Source: Schmidtea polychroa
Lineage: Eukaryota
Length of the DNA stretch: 64,000 nt
Reading direction: 5' to 3'
Assembly (NCBI GenBank): GCA_044892525.1
Contig: CM097885.1
Location: forward strand, 33,110,001 to 33,174,000
This document shows, one piece after another, positions 32,955 through 49,424 of this stretch. The position numbers and the translations under genes are program-made. The notes beneath the pieces were generated by a model. It saw only the letters and a program-made list of their open reading frames with translations. It searched no databases and was not told the origin of the DNA. Numbering within the stretch: position 1 is the first letter of the stretch; each line of letters begins with the position of its first letter.

Positions 32955-33971
32955 GTCATAGGGCGCTGATGAAGAACATGGATTAATTCAATCAAGTTTC
33001 TGTAATATAAAAACATGAAAATAGTAAAGGGATTCGATAAAAACTGGTCCAGCCGAATAAAGAAAGGTGATGTAATTATTATCGATGATTTGTATCAAGA
33101 AGCTAATAAAGAAAAAGATTTTAATAATTATTTACAAAGATTAGCAGACATGTTGGTGTAACAGTTATTTTCATAACACAAAATCTATTTCATCAAGGTG
33201 GGGCACATCGAACACGTAATTTAAATGTACAATATTTAGATATTTTCAAGAATCCTAGAGATGCAACAGTGATTGATTTTCTTGCACTCGTAATCGTAAT
33301 TTTCTTATCAGTGCATTTCAAGATGCTAGAAAAATACCTCATGGATATATATTTCTTGATTTCACACAACAATGTCCGGATGATTTACGAGTAAAAACAG
33401 ATATTTTCAACCCAAAAGGTGCCATGGTTTATAAACAAAGTTGAAACCTCTATGAATAATAATGTTTCTAAAAGCAAGGGTGAAAAATATTAGGAAATTA
33501 AGAAAAAGTATTTAAAAGAGTATTACAGTTCCAAAGGTTCCACCAACAACTAGTTATACACCATCTAAAAAACTTGTAACTGAAAATTTCTCTGCGATGA
33601 ATCTTATTTCGAAAAATCCTAAACCTAAACGTAAAACCCGTAAAACCCTTAAAACCCGTAAAACTAGTAAATGAGTAGTTAAAAATCATCGCAGTTTTCC
33701 ATTTTTTAATGCATTGTTAAAGGCCCCGAGTATGAAAAGAATGAATATATTGCAATCATATTATACTTAAAGTAGTCAAAGGCAAAATTAAAATCAGTAA
33801 ATCAAAAAAGCATTTATTGAGCAAACATAGGAAACCTCTGTTATCATTAGTAAATAATAAAAATCGTAAGCAAATGAGGAAAGTTATATATAAACAACAA
33901 GGTGGATTTATTGGTGCATTGATACCTCTGGCATTATCATTATTAGGTGGAGTTGTAGGAAATCAATCATA
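32955..33971 (+). pseudogene. Disrupted ATPase (3' part) and basic core gene, copy 2
   Basis: Homologous to 1114-2170, with deletions, frameshifts and stops. Confidence 0.85.
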
Positions 33972-34032
33972 AACAATGGGTGCTAATCTTTCATTGCCCG
34001 ACATTAATTTTAATTTTAAATCTTCTTACTGT

Positions 34033-34273
34033 AATGGAGAAGATTTGGACGAACCCAGAAGACGAAGCCGGTTTCGGTGGAGTGGCAAAATTAAACAAAA
34101 GAGTTCCGAATTCGAAAAAAGAAACCCAGAAGTGGTTATCAGATCAGCTTGCGTACAGTTTAAAGATTTCCAACAAGAGCATATAAAACATTTGGTATTG
34201 ACGATTTATGGCAAATGGATTTGATGGAGATGATACCGTATTCGAAAATTAACAATTGGAATAAATATATTTT
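34033..34273 (+). pseudogene. Integrase 5' part, copy 2
   Basis: MEKIWTNPEDEAGFGG...NKYIL; ends at the terminus of an inserted element. Confidence 0.85.
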
Positions 34274-34418
34274 AGTAGAGGGAAGTGTGCTCCATGACTC
34301 ATCATACCCCACCCGCGATGACTCATTCTTTTTTCGAATTTTTTTCTGATTTTTCCATGATGACTCATCCATAGCAACCGTGGTAACTAGGTCGAGGTCA
34401 TTCTATTTTTTGTAACAA
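34274..34418 (+). repeat. Polinton family C terminus (truncated)
   Basis: AGTAGAGGGAAGTGTGCTCCATGACTCATC..., preceded by TATTTT. Matches the sequence starting at 35175. Confidence 0.8.
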
Positions 34419-34720
34419 TGTCAGGTTATATTTTGGCGGAGAAGGGCTCAAAAATTCGACTCAACGCGTCGAAGAGGAAAAGAAATTCACCGACAAAGTC
34501 GATTTACGCGTCTAAAGGGGAAAGAAACAAAAGAGGTTCAGAAAGACGCTTGAAATTGTGATTAACATTTGTGATTAAACAAAATTACAAAAAGGCCATG
34601 TGAAAAAATAATGAGGTGTAAAAATGTATAATAAAAGATGTTGAAAAACCTTATAAAGATTTGATGTAAAAACCCCGGTGTAAAAGATTCTGCAAAAGAT
34701 AGGCGTTCTAGATAGTAACA
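34419..34720 (+). mobile_element. Solo LTR-like repeat (copy 2) at an inversion breakpoint
   Basis: TG...CA; near-identical to 25528-25829. Confidence 0.65.
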
Positions 34721-35174
<454 letters not shown>

Positions 35175-35789
35175 AGTATAGGGAAGTGTGCTCCATGACT
35201 CATCATACCCCCCCGCGATGACTCATTTTTTTTCCGATTTTTTTATTATTTTTTTTTTCGATTTTTTTTTCGATTTTTTTTCGATTTTTTTTTCGATTTT
35301 TTTTTCGATTTTTTTTCGATTTTTTTTCGAATTTTTTTTCGATTTTTTTTCGAATTTTTTTCAGATTCTTTCCATGATGACTCATCCATAGCAACGGCTG
35401 TAACTAGGTCAAGGTCATTCTATTTTTAGTATCATATGACTCATCATTTTTGGAACAAAGCCAATGACTCATTATTATAGTACATATGACTCATCATTTT
35501 TTGAACAAAGACATGTAAACAAATATTTAAATTAATACATTTAAACAAATATTTAAATAAATACATTTACAACAAAGACATTTAAACAAAGACATATAGA
35601 CGAAGACTCATCGATGACTCATAGTTTAAATAAGGAGTTATTATTTTTTGTGCGCTAGCCCCCCCTTTCTATGACTCATCGATGACTTTTTTGAACAAAG
35701 ACCAATCATTTATTTTTAAGACAAAGACTATCATACACGATTAGGACGATGACTCAGGACTCCACTAGAACAAAGATGTTATTATCAAA

Positions 35790-35824
<35 letters not shown>

Positions 35825-36438
35825 CATTATTTTCAATGTAATATTATTATTTTATTATAATTATTATTATTACTATTATTATTATTAAATTAATAATATT
35901 TCAAAATATTATTTCAAAGAAATAAAAAATAATAATAAAAAATAAAATAATAATAACAAAGTAATAAAAAACATTACCATTTCTGATATAATTTTCTCCA
36001 TAAAAACATATTCTTCATAAAAAATTCATCATAAAATTTCATAAAATATTCATAAATTGATTTCATAATTTCTAAAAAACATTATAATTAAAAACATAAT
36101 AATTAAAATTTACTTTTTCATCCACGAGCATTTTGAAAAAATCATAGAGTATATGTAACGTCTATCCAATCAGAATACAGATAGGATAGAGAAATATACA
36201 CACACATATTCTATGCTTTGTTCTAAAATGATGAGTCATCAATGACTCACATAGTAACAAATAATGTCTTTGTTACTCATTGTCTTGGTTTAATTTACAC
36301 GTGACATGAGTTGAACATGTCTTTATAATAATAATATTTATGTGAATAATAATAAAATTAATAATAATATTAATTGATTAATAATAATTATAATAAAATA
36401 ATAATAAAAAATAATAATATTACTTTGAAAATAATAAT

Positions 36439-36469
<31 letters not shown>

Positions 36470-36900
36470 CAAATAATTTAAATGCAAATCAATATAATAA
36501 AATGGTGGGTCCCTCAAAAAATCTTTTCAAACCTTATAATTCGAAAGGTATTTCAGAGGTCTATCTAATTGTCATATCTTCGAATGGTATAACCTTCAAA
36601 GGGTCATAAACCTTCGAATTTTTTCAAACCTTATAATATATATATCAAACAAAAGGAAATTCAAAGATGAGTATGATGGTCCAAGTTTAAAGGGTCCAAG
36701 GTTCAAATTTTGAAAACCTTATAATATACATATCAAACAAAAGGTAATACAAAGATGAGTATGATGGTCCAAGGGTCGAAGGTATATGGTGGGTCAATAA
36801 CCTTCAAAGGGTCAAAAACTTTCGAACTTTATAATATACATATCAAACAAAAGGTACTACAAAGGTAGTTATCGCTGACTTTTTATAACAAAGATAATGA
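35175..36900 (+). repeat. Polinton family C terminal region with ATGACTCAT/AACAAAGAC arrays, (TTTTTTTTCGA)n and ~90-bp subterminal repeats
   Basis: Starts AGTATAGGGAAGTG after AAAATA. Many TGACTCA motifs at 35195-35760; ATATACATATCAAACAAAAGG repeats at 36630-36870. Confidence 0.75.
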
Positions 36901-37012
36901 CTCATCACTTTTTAAAACAAAGACATCTGTTTTCAGAATGACGCGCCCATGGGATTTATTATTATTAATATCAAAATTATTATTATTATCAATATTATTT
37001 ATTATTATCAAT

Positions 37013-37045
<33 letters not shown>

Positions 37046-37214
37046 ATTATTATTATTATTATTATTATTACAGTTAAATCCATCTTTAGATCCATCTTTA
37101 AATTTGCAGCAAAAATCTTGAAACTAACAATATATATTTAATCAAAGAATTTCTAAATAACAAGTTTTAATTAATTCGCAAAACCGCCAATTCCAAATTA
37201 TTTAAACAAACAGA

Positions 37215-37515
37215 TATCTAACTCTCCCCTTCTTAAGAATTTTTCCACTTCTTCAGCCACTCGATTCTTCTTTCTTTCGTTCCTTCTTGTGAATGTAGTT
37301 CGACTCGATGAGGTGATAGAAATCTGGCGATTTTATATGGGCCATCGTATTGCATACCATCCTTGTGCCTGTTCTGCGGCTCTTTACGTACGAGTACCTC
37401 CTCCCCCACCTCGAAAACACGAGTGCCCCTCTTTGTCTTATCCATGGCTCTCATAGTGTCTGCGGCTTTACTCGAATTAAATCTCGCGTCTTCGATTCTT
37501 TCGCTTCTTGATATC

Positions 37516-37517
<2 letters not shown>
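37215..37517 (-). pseudogene. Gypsy integrase C-terminus (GPY motif) followed by a polypurine tract
   Basis: FEVGEEVLVRK..YDGPYKI..RRIEWLK*, then AAGAAGGGGAGAG. Sharply higher GC than the flanks. Confidence 0.75.
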
Positions 37518-37564
<47 letters not shown>

Positions 37565-37783
37565 ATTCTACACTCTCTTTATAATAATATACCAAATTAT
37601 ATTAATTGTTAATAATTAATCCGTTTTATAATTATTATATAATAAAAACGGATTAACTAATAACAATTGGTAATAAATATCTAGATAAATATTCAAATAA
37701 TATTTAAGAATTTATCATTATTAGGTAAATTATATCCACGATACTGCCAGGCTTCTGGAGATTCAAAATCTTGTCATCAGACA

Positions 37784-40752
37784 ATGAAAAAATATTATGG
37801 CCATAAATTCTATGGATTCAAATACTATTTATGTCCATCATGTCAGACTTCCCAACAAATAAAATATTCTGAATTTTACAACACCCATAGTAAACATCTT
37901 AATCAGTTTATTATAAAGAAACTTACCCTCTTTAAACAGATAAATAAAAATGTAAATAAAAATGTTAATAAAAATGTAAATAAAAACCTAAATAATGATG
38001 CGATTAGCGCAGAACATAAAAATGTTAATAAAAATGTTAATAAAAATGTAAATAAAAAGCTAAATAATGATGCGATTAGCGCAGAACATAAAAATGTAAA
38101 TAATAATGTAAATAAAAATGTGAATATCAAAAATGTAAATAATGATGCAATTAGCGCAGAACATAAAAATGTAAATAAAAATGTAAATGATAATAAAAAT
38201 ATAAATAATGATGCGATTAACGCAGAACATATAATTAAAAATGTAAATAATAATCTAAATAAAAATGTGAATATCAAAAATGTAAATAATACACAGCATG
38301 CTGTTATTCAAGATTTTTGTATACCATCTAAAGTTATTAAAGTTAATGGTGGTGATGAAATAAATAACAAAATAAATATCCAAATTAATAATCGAATGAA
38401 TAAGCAAATAGGTGGGTCAATACGCGGTTCAGTTGATATAGATGACGAACCAGAAATAGAATTAGATTTTAAGGGGGCTAGAAAAAATCTAAGGTTTGAC
38501 GTTGAGAAAAACGACTTAGTTCAAATATCGTTAACATCGAAAATTATAGAAAAGTTAATAGCTGAAATGAAAGGAATGGAGTCAGTTAAAATACAGTTCA
38601 CTGTTCTCATACAATTTGAGAAAGATGGCGAAATCCGAGATAATTTTTTCTCTAATAATGCAGAGGTTTTTCTGATAATTTTCTATTAGAGGGCATCACA
38701 TATTTAGGAAGTGGATGGCGGGTTGTTAGGATAAAAGAAATTGATTTTATAATAAATAAATATAAATATATAAATAGATTAGCTGGTCATAGTTATATCC
38801 CCACCCCAGCGGCTTTAAAGTCTAAAAAAGCAATTGTAAATATACAGAACACAGATGATGATATGTGTTTTATCTATAGTATTCTAGCCCTCTTAAAGCG
38901 TAATGTTATACACAGAAATAAGCACCGTGTTACTGCTTATGAGAGTTATTTAGATGAGATCAATTTCGACCCTATTAGTGATTGCCCGATGAAAACAGTG
39001 AACTGAACTTAGCTATTAACGTTTTAACTTATAGAACGACACCATCTAAGTCTATTGAACATCAAGATATAAATTATATTCCCCATCACCCACATCTAGA
39101 TATTAATCACCGCTCTAATGTTATAGGTGGTGAACCCATATATTTATTATTATTAGAAGACGGTGGTAATTTTCATTACACCGCAGTTTTTGATCTTCAA
39201 AAACTTATGAATTGCCATCGTAGTAATTCATGTAATATAGAAATTTGCGTAAAATGGTGTCCACATTACCTTAATGGCTTTAGATATAATAAGATATTTA
39301 ATATCCTTGTAGATCTATGTAGTAAGAACCAAATAGGTACTACATTGTAGATCCTACCTAAAGACAAAAATTTAATTTTCAAAGATTTTTCAAAAAGAAT
39401 AACCCCGCTATTCGTGATATATGCAGATTTTGAGGCAATCTTGCCTGAAGACATCACCCACCACCAAAACCATTTGCAAATAACAGCAGGCATGTTATTA
39501 ATTAATAATTATAATAACACTAGATTTTATTATGAGTTTGTTGGTGATGACTGTGTGTTGTCTTTCTTGCGTAAGGTGGAGGAAATTGCGGTCAAAATTG
39601 TCCTGCCATATTACGAAATTAATGGGAAAAAGCCCATGCAAACCTTGTCTTTCACTGAAGAACGTGTCTTTCGAGAATCCAGAACCTGTTATCTGTGTAA
39701 AAAATTCATTAAAGATAGAGTTAGGGATCATTGTCACTTTACAGGCAAGTATCTTGGTGCTGCCTGTAGGAACTATAATGTTTCGCGACAAATTCAGAAA
39801 CAGCTACCTGTTGTTTTTCACAATTTGAAGGGGTATGATTTACATCATATTTTAAAGTACGGTTTGAATAATTTTCCTTCTTAGGAATTAAATATTATTC
39901 CGACCACTACTGAGAAATTCATCTCTCTCATCGCGTACATTAACAAATTGCCTGTTCGTTTTATTGACAGCATGCAGTTTGTTAATTCATCTTTAGCAAA
40001 AGCAGTTAAGACTCTTTCCGATCTGCCTTTAACTTCTTCTGTTTTTGATGGCGCAATTGTTCGAGCCAAAGGTATCTTTCCATATGAGTTCGCTACATCG
40101 CTTGAGGTTCTGGAATCGACTCTTGAACTACCTCCGATCTGGGATTCTGTGTCTAATGATGAGTATGCATTAGCCCAAGTTATTTGGACTCAGCAAAATT
40201 GCAACAACATGTTAGATTACAAGTTAACTTACCTGAAGTTAGACGTGTTTCTCCTCGCAGACTATTTCCAACAATTCCGTGAAAAGGCCATTGCTTACAA
40301 TGGTCTGGAGCCTCTTAATTTCTATGGCATTCCCGATATGTCATGGGCCTCAGCGCTTATGACATTAACGGAACCCATTGAACTTTTGAAGGACATGGAA
40401 ATGTTTAATTTCTATGAAGGAGGGATACGGGGTGGGTTATCATTTGTTAACAAACATTATGTTGTAAGTTCTGAAGACACAGAACTCTTGTATATTGACA
40501 TAAATAACTTATATGGTTGGGCCTTAAGCCAAAAGCTTCCGTATGCCGACTTTGAATAGGTGTATGATGATCTTGATTCTGTCTTGAATGAATGTATGAA
40601 TGAGGATATTGAAAATCTTCCATATGGGTATACTATGGAAGTGGATATCGATATCCCTCAGTGTGTGCATAATTTTTTGAATGATTTTCCGATTGCTCCG
40701 GAAAAGATGTGCCCGCCAGATTCGAAAGTTGAGAAGCTGATGCTCACGCATT
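37784..40752 (+). pseudogene. Second protein-primed DNA polymerase B (Polinton), frameshifted and 3'-truncated
   Basis: GSGW, YIPTP..KKAIVNIQNTDDDMCF, IYADFEAIL, CYLC..VRDHCHFTGKYLGAAC (endonuclease VII-like), VVFHNLKGYD, RFIDSMQF, KGIFPYEF, RGGLSFV, YIDINNLYG. N-terminal NKNV and NNDAISAEH repeats. Confidence 0.92.
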
Positions 40753-42878
40753 GACCGAAAATTATACCTTCATTATTTACTTTTATTTCTTGGTCCCTAT
40801 TTTCTATGGCCAATATTTTAGTTTTAGTTTTATCTACCTTGGCGTTTTCATGAACTGTTTGGCACTGACTACATGAAGTACAGTCTTTTCTTGATAGGGC
40901 ATCTGCGTTAGCATGCAATTCTTCTTTTCTGTATTCTAATTTGATATCTAGCCCACTTAAATAGTTAATCCATGTTTGGAATTGTGCTGTAATTGGCTTT
41001 TTTGTATTTATCAAAAAGGTTCTTAAAGTAAATCTTTTTCCATATAGATAGTGTTTGAAATGCTGAGTAAAATGATAGATTGCAAGCAATTCCTTTCGCG
41101 TAATGCAGTAACCGATTTCGTGCTTATTCATTGTCTTTGATCCATATGCAATAACTTGTTCTTGTCCATTACTACTCAACTGCGAAAGCACTCCCCCAAT
41201 CGTATCGAAACTAGCATCTGTATCTAAAATAAAGGTTTTTCGTAAATCTGGAAATCCTAGTACTGGGGTAAACGTTAACTCTTTCTTTAGCGTGTTGAAA
41301 TTTGTTTCACATTCTTCAGTCCATATAAGTTTATCTTTGTTAGACCCACATAACCTTTCTAATGGTCTTGCATACTTGGCGTAATCTTTAACAAATTTGC
41401 AAATTTGCAAAATAGCAAAATTTGCAATTTGTTAAGCCTAGAAAGCTTCTTAAACGTTTAATACATTTTGGTTTTTCATATTCTTGCATTGCTTTTATCT
41501 TTTCATAATCTGTCTTTATACCATTTTTATTTATAATGTGTCCTAAAGGTTTTATTTCTAGTTTGTTAAAACAACATTTTTCTAAGCTTATTTTCAAACC
41601 AGCTTCTTGAATCTTTCGAAAAACTCTTTCTAGTCTTTTTTAATGTTCGATTTCATTGTCTGCAAATATAAGGATATCGTCTAAATAGACAATTGCTTCT
41701 CTCCAATTAAGATCACCCAAAACTTGAGTCATTAATTTTTGAAAAGTTGCTGGGGCAGCTGCAATTCCAAAAGGCATTCGGTTAAAACAATATTGACCAT
41801 CTTTTGTTGAAAATGCAGTCTTTATTTTTGATTGCTCTTCTAATTCCACTTGATAATAGGCATTACCAAGATCGATAGTGCAAAATATCTGTGATCCATT
41901 TAGGATATCCATCATCTCTTCAATATTTGGTATTGGAAATCGAGGTCTCTCCGTAATTGCATTTAGTGCCCGAAAATCCAAACATATTCTAATATCTGAT
42001 TTATTCTTTTTTAACACACATACCAATGGGCTATTCCACACCGAGTCACATTTTTTTATAATTCCTGCTTCTTCCATGTCTTTTAGCATGTCTTGTATTT
42101 TGTGAGCAATATGAATCGGCTGACGTTTAGGATTAATTGTCACTGGGCTACATCTAGTAACTATCTTATGTTTAATTAACTGTGTTTTTCCTACATCCCA
42201 TTTATTTTTCATGAATATATCCGAAAATTCTTTAAGTAATTTATTAATCGTTGGGTCGATAATTCCTTTCAAATTGTTTTCTTCTAAATTCATTAATTGA
42301 TTTTTTAATTTTACTTTAGTTACTGCCTGTAATTTAATATCAAAACAATTCATCATTTCTACGCCTGCAATTACGCTCGGGTTAATCTTATTTGCCACAA
42401 AGAATCTTATTACCAATTCTAATCCCGAAATTCTCACTTTTAGTAATATTGTTCCTATGATTTTAAGTGTGCTCTCGTTTGCACATGTAATCATAATATT
42501 GGATTCCCCTATTTTATCACGCATCTTTAATTTACTAACAACATCTTCGCTAATCACGTTTATTCTAGCCCCGGTATCCAAAAGACAATCAACTTTTATT
42601 TTATTTTCCAGCCAAATACCTACACTAGGTCTGCCATTCATTCTTTCGTAAACGAATTTAGGTGCAAAAGGTCTTTCTTTATTTTCATTAACTTTATTAT
42701 TAATTATATCGATACTCATAATCTTATCAATTTTGTTATTAATTTCATAAAAACTATATTCAAAATAATTTTCAAAGTCAAAACATTCACAATCATTCAT
42801 AATTACATCATTAATTTTTAAATCATCTTTAAATTCATTCATTACGGAAATCTTGAAATCACAAGCATTCAAATTCAA
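40753..42878 (-). pseudogene. Gypsy pol (aspartic protease, RT, RNase H)
   Basis: ORFs 41640-42878, 41388-41597 and the homologous part of 40658-41410 carry the motifs listed for the element. Confidence 0.92.
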
Positions 42879-42904
42879 ACATTCTGTGTCAACAAGATAC
42901 TTAC

Positions 42905-43958
42905 TTAAACCAAATTTATGGCTCCTAGCAACTCCCTTGAAACTGGAGCCTCCCCTTTTAGCTGTTCGAAATCTTTTTGCATGTCATCCTGTTGAATCAG
43001 CTCTCTTTCCTCGTATTCGTAGTCGTATATCGCATTGCATTGTCTTCGATGTGGTCCTCTGTCTGAAGATTGGTTTCTGCTTTGATATTGTCCTCTGGAT
43101 CCAAATTGTTTTTGATTTCTATCATAATTTCTTCCGTTGTAATATGCTTCTGTTTTAACTGAATTTCTTCTGATGTCCCAACATTGATACTTGAAATGAC
43201 CATTTATGGAACATTGAGAGCATTTTACGTTTGGGCATTCTGCTTGAATATGTCCTTGCTCTCCACACGCCCAACATCTCTGCAGTTTAAATCGCCTGGT
43301 CCTGTTCTTCCAGTCACTTTTATTTGGCATATTGAAGTTCACGGCCTCATTGGTTCTAGAGTTAGAAAATATTGGTGTCTTATTCTGTTGGTACAACTGA
43401 GTTTTTCTCGGACTTTTGACTGTCTCCGCATATGATTTATTTTCATGTAGAGATGCTAAGGATTGTTCACTTGAAAGCTCTTTTTGAATTTCTTCCATTT
43501 TTGATATCACTTCCTTGGCCTTATCTACTGATTTAACTTCTATTAATTTCAATTCTTTTTTTGTTTCCATATCTTCCATTGCATTCTACATTAAAAATAA
43601 CATTAATGCCGGTTTTGTTAATTTGTGTCGAAGAACATTGTCGACGAGCTTTTCCACTTTATTGAAAAATTCGGTGCACGAGTCATTTCCTTTTCGATAT
43701 CTTAAAGCTGCGTCTAGATCCATGGCTAGATTTTTACTTGGCTCGAACGCTTTTCTTAATCTTTCTTCATAGCCTCAATAATCGCTCTGTACTTCTCCAT
43801 ATTTCTGGATCAACTCTACCGACAGAAAGGCCTTGGTAACAATTTCTTGAGTTTCTTGCGGTTGTTGAGTAAATTCGAAAAATCTCTTCAATTCCAAAAT
43901 AAAAATTTCTAAATAACCATTTGGCAGCAATTGATTAGGTGGCTTTAATATAGTTCTG
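42905..43958 (-). pseudogene. Gypsy gag
   Basis: CWACGEQGHIQAEC and CSQCSINGHFKYQC; frameshifts upstream. Confidence 0.85.
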
Positions 43959-43959
43959 G

Positions 43960-43978
43960 AGTCCTGGCGTGGTCGCCA
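43960..43978 (-). promoter_or_regulatory. Primer-binding site, probably tRNA-Arg
   Basis: TGGCGACCACGCCAGGACT directly follows the LTR-terminal CA. Its complement AGTCCTGGCGTGGTCG-CCA resembles eukaryotic tRNA-Arg 3' ends (from memory). Confidence 0.65.
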
Positions 43979-44243
43979 TGTTAGAAGAAGACATAGTTTC
44001 ACACAAATCTTTATTCACTACAAAAATCTAAACGGAACACACAATCGTTATACTATTTATAGTACATTGAATTGCGTAATCTACAAAAGAGAGAATTATT
44101 AGTTTAAGTGATACTGTTGACACAGAAGACAAACATACTTACTTAATTTAGTTATACAAGCATTCCCGCATCATTCAATAGATATCAAGGTCTAGTGACC
44201 TGGTTATGTAAGTAATTCTTTGGAAATTATTATATCATCTTAC

Positions 44244-44334
<91 letters not shown>

Positions 44335-46954
44335 TTAATAATTATAATAATAATATCTTTAGAAATAATAATGTTAATTATAAGATATATGGCTCATATG
44401 AAAGGTATCGTATTGGGCTTTAAAATGAGCTATCTATGAATAGTTTTCGTTGGCGGGAAATCTGTAAATTTAAAATATGACCTTGGAAAAAAAATGACCT
44501 TGAAAAAAAATTGACCTTGAAAAAATGATATTTTTAAAATTAATAATATTTATATGACCTTGGGAAAATGTTAATAACTTTGCCAATATTAATGATAATA
44601 ATAATATTTATATATCATTAGATAGAACTTGCACCAGGCTTTACAATGAACTATGGGATCACTTACTTTTTGCATGGTTAATTTTGTTATTTTTAGTCAT
44701 TTAAAATAATATTTAGCAAAGGTAATTTAGCAAAATATCATTTATCCACCCGATAACAATATTCCTTCAATAGATTAACTGATATTCAACCTATTTAATT
44801 TCTAATTAAAATCATAAATTTCCTTCAATAAAGTTAAATTTTCTTTAGTTGTCGATTTCCAACTTTTAAGTCAATATTTCTCAAGTTTTGTCACCGATAT
44901 CCCCACAATGAATATCCGTCTATAACATGTTAAATAAAGGTAAATAATTTAAAGCAATAACCTTTGATATCATTCTCAATTTATTCTAAAGATTTCAGAT
45001 ATTTCATTGTCAAAACCAAGTAAATAAAGACCTAATTGATCATTAACCCTAAACGACTTAATAAAACCGTGGATAATTAATAGATAATTAATAAAAACTT
45101 GTTCTAAAACATAAATCTAAATTACTGTGCAATAACATTCATCACGACCTAATAAACCTCTAAAACGATATAAGTTCACTGGAATTATTATTAATTCATA
45201 GCTAAATACTGACTATTTCCTTTGAAAATTTGATATTGTACCAATAAGAACATTGTCGATTTAAATAGAGATTTCAAAACATGTCCACCTTAACCGATCC
45301 CTCACCAAATATTTCTAGCATTTTAAAAACCCCCTTAAAAATCATATATTACCATCTTAACCGAACCTTCACTAAATCCAACCGACTTTAATATATCAAT
45401 TCTCTTAAAATCCATGGGAAATCCTTCAAAATATGAATTTTATTTAATTGTTAAAAACATTCTTCCATTGAAATAATTTAGTAGCTAAATTCAAAGAGTC
45501 CACTAAAAGATCAAAATTCATTAAAATAAATATTTAACCACATGTATCATCAAATACCTAACTAGAGATGATAATATCTCATTGATTGATCATAATTCTT
45601 CATCGATTCAACTAATTATAGCCATTACAACATGATATATCTTTCAAACTAAATTTCAGTATATTTTACAATAATTTTCAAGTAGATTTCAAATATATCA
45701 TCATCATGAAAAAATTTGCTGGTTTCAACTTTAGATTTTCAATATTTTAAAGTTTATCAATGTGTAAATATTCTTAGAAAAATATATGAAAAATTATTTA
45801 GTCAAATTATCATTACAAAGTCATCATCAAAATTAATATTTTTTTAAAATTTAAAAACAAGTCATTAAAATATAGCAAATTATCAAGAAATTAATTAAAT
45901 ATATCTTAGAATTAACACTAAACCTTAAATTTTTAAATATTCTTTCAATTAACATGAAATTCACAAAAAATGGTAGTAAAATCCCGCTAACTCTAAATAA
46001 TTACCAATGAATTTAATGCCAAATAATAACCAAATATTTGCCTAAATAAAATCATTAAAACACAACAGTACCCTTAAGAGTAGTGCCCATATGAGCAATA
46101 CACTTAGGGGGAGAAAATATCTTGTCGGATAAACTCAGAGTATATATAGTAAAACGAATTAACAATAACTCTATCAAATTGAATCAGTCAAATTATCACA
46201 AATTTTAATAAAAAATCTTATTCTAAAATGGTAAGCAGCATAAAATCGAAAGATAATTTTGATAACACAGAGATAAAATTAACAATATTATTCTCAGGTG
46301 GTAAGAATCATCATTATTCTATGATTAATTAATAATGAAATTCAAAAAAGTGAAAATAAGTGTTTGAATTATTCATTAATGGAAAGTAAATGTAAATATA
46401 GCGAGAAGTGGCATAGATAAGATGGAAATTTATTAATTGCATTTATTTGAAATTATTTCATGAAATTCATAAAATTTATAAAAATTCATAAAAAATAATC
46501 ACTTTTAGTACAATTTTTAAAAGAAATATTTGTTGGGAGGATTATTGGAAAATCGGGGGCTATAAGTGATGAAGATATATAGAATTAATTTTAATATATG
46601 AGTTACTAGCGAATTAAAATATTTTAATAATGGGATAAAAATTTATTTTGATAAAGTATTTAATCCACAAATGAAAACATACATAAGAAATATTATTTGA
46701 CTGAGCAATTATGATAAATTCATATTTTAAATTTGATTAACTCCTTTAATAGTGGGGGACAGAATATCTTGTCGGATAAACTCTGACTATATACACCCAT
46801 GTTAAACAAGGTATGTGTATATAGAATGTATGTATAAAATTATCGCTCCTTATTGACAACTTCCTGTAAAGGCAAACACAGAATATTGCAAACATATAAT
46901 AATTCTCTACCCCATAACTTAGTGTGTAAAAATTATTTTAGGTTTTTCACTAAT

Positions 46955-46994
<40 letters not shown>

Positions 46995-47289
46995 TTAATA
47001 ATAATAACATCTTTCGCGTGGGTGTTATTATTTTAAAAGAAAATATTGAAAATTCAAAAAAAAAAAATATTTATGCAAAGCATGTGCAATAATTATGTCT
47101 TTGTTAAATAAGTCAACTTCAGCGTCAAAATAAGTTTTTGAAATATATTTAAATTTTAAAATACCGCAACATAATATATTTTTGTCATACCCTTTCATTG
47201 ATTTAAGTTGGTCAGAATTTAATAATAATTTTAATAATAATAAATAATAATAATAATACTTTGAAATTGTATTTGAAAATAATTTACGA

Positions 47290-48705
<1,416 letters not shown>

Positions 48706-49325
48706 CCTATCAATTTAGAGGAGAAAATAAATACTGCTATAAAAAATTTAGAAAATAATGATATCATAAGAAAATGTAATTCATCTTGGAATACGCCTTT
48801 AGTATGCGTGTGTAAAAAAGACAAAAAAGATATCAGACTTTGTTTACATTTTAGGCAGCTTAATAAGATTACTGAAAGACAAGCTTTTTCGATGCCGAAT
48901 GTAGAAGAAATTCTAGATACATTACATAGATCTAAGTACTTTAGTTCTATAGACCTTGGGAACGCTTATTATCAGGTGAAATTGGACATAGAATCGCAAG
49001 AAAAGACAGCATTTTCTACTAAAGAAGGGCATTTTGTTTTAATAGAATGCTTTTGGCATTGCGGCGGCACCGGGTACATTCCATGAATTAATGACAAAAA
49101 TATTGAAAGATCTATGGAAAGAAGGAGTTATGGTATATTTAGACGATATTTTAATTTTTAAAAGAACAATTGAAGATGTGTTTGGAAAAGTTCTAGAGAA
49201 AATAAGGGAAGCTAAATTGAGAATCAACCCAGAAAAATGTCAGTTATTAAAGAGTGAAGTAAAGTTTTTAGGGAACATTATTAACAGTCAGGGGATTCGA
49301 ACAGATCAAACTAAATCATGCGGAA
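48706..49325 (+). pseudogene. Gypsy reverse transcriptase fragment interrupted by the Polinton end
   Basis: SSWNTPLVCV..IRLCLHFRQLN..IDLGNAYYQ..KTAFST..VYLDDILIF..VKFLG. Confidence 0.9.
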
Positions 49326-49424
49326 ATTAGAGGCTCTTTGAACTTCTCTTTTAATTTCTTTTTCTTAATTCTAATTTGTCAATACTAATAATAAACCTTT
49401 TTTCTGAAGAATTGAAAATTCTCA

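Larger units (their letters stand above)
40753..44244 (-). mobile_element. Gypsy/Ty3 LTR retrotransposon: 5' LTR-PBS-gag-PR-RT-RNase H, truncated before the integrase
   Basis: LTR 43979-44244 (TGTAAG...TAACA on the minus strand, with AATAAA), gag with two CCHC knuckles, LLDTGA, CLDFRALN, YLDD, LDTDAS, KELLAI, NADALSR. Stops and frameshifts present. Confidence 0.93.

Noticed and set aside
35203..35394. Lys-rich and Phe-rich ORFs
   Set aside because: Products of the (TTTTTTTTCGA)n repeat inside a TIR.
44700..46050. Coding-like strand asymmetry on the minus strand
   Set aside because: Probably a decayed gene, but the frames I translated were full of stops and no family motif was recognisable.
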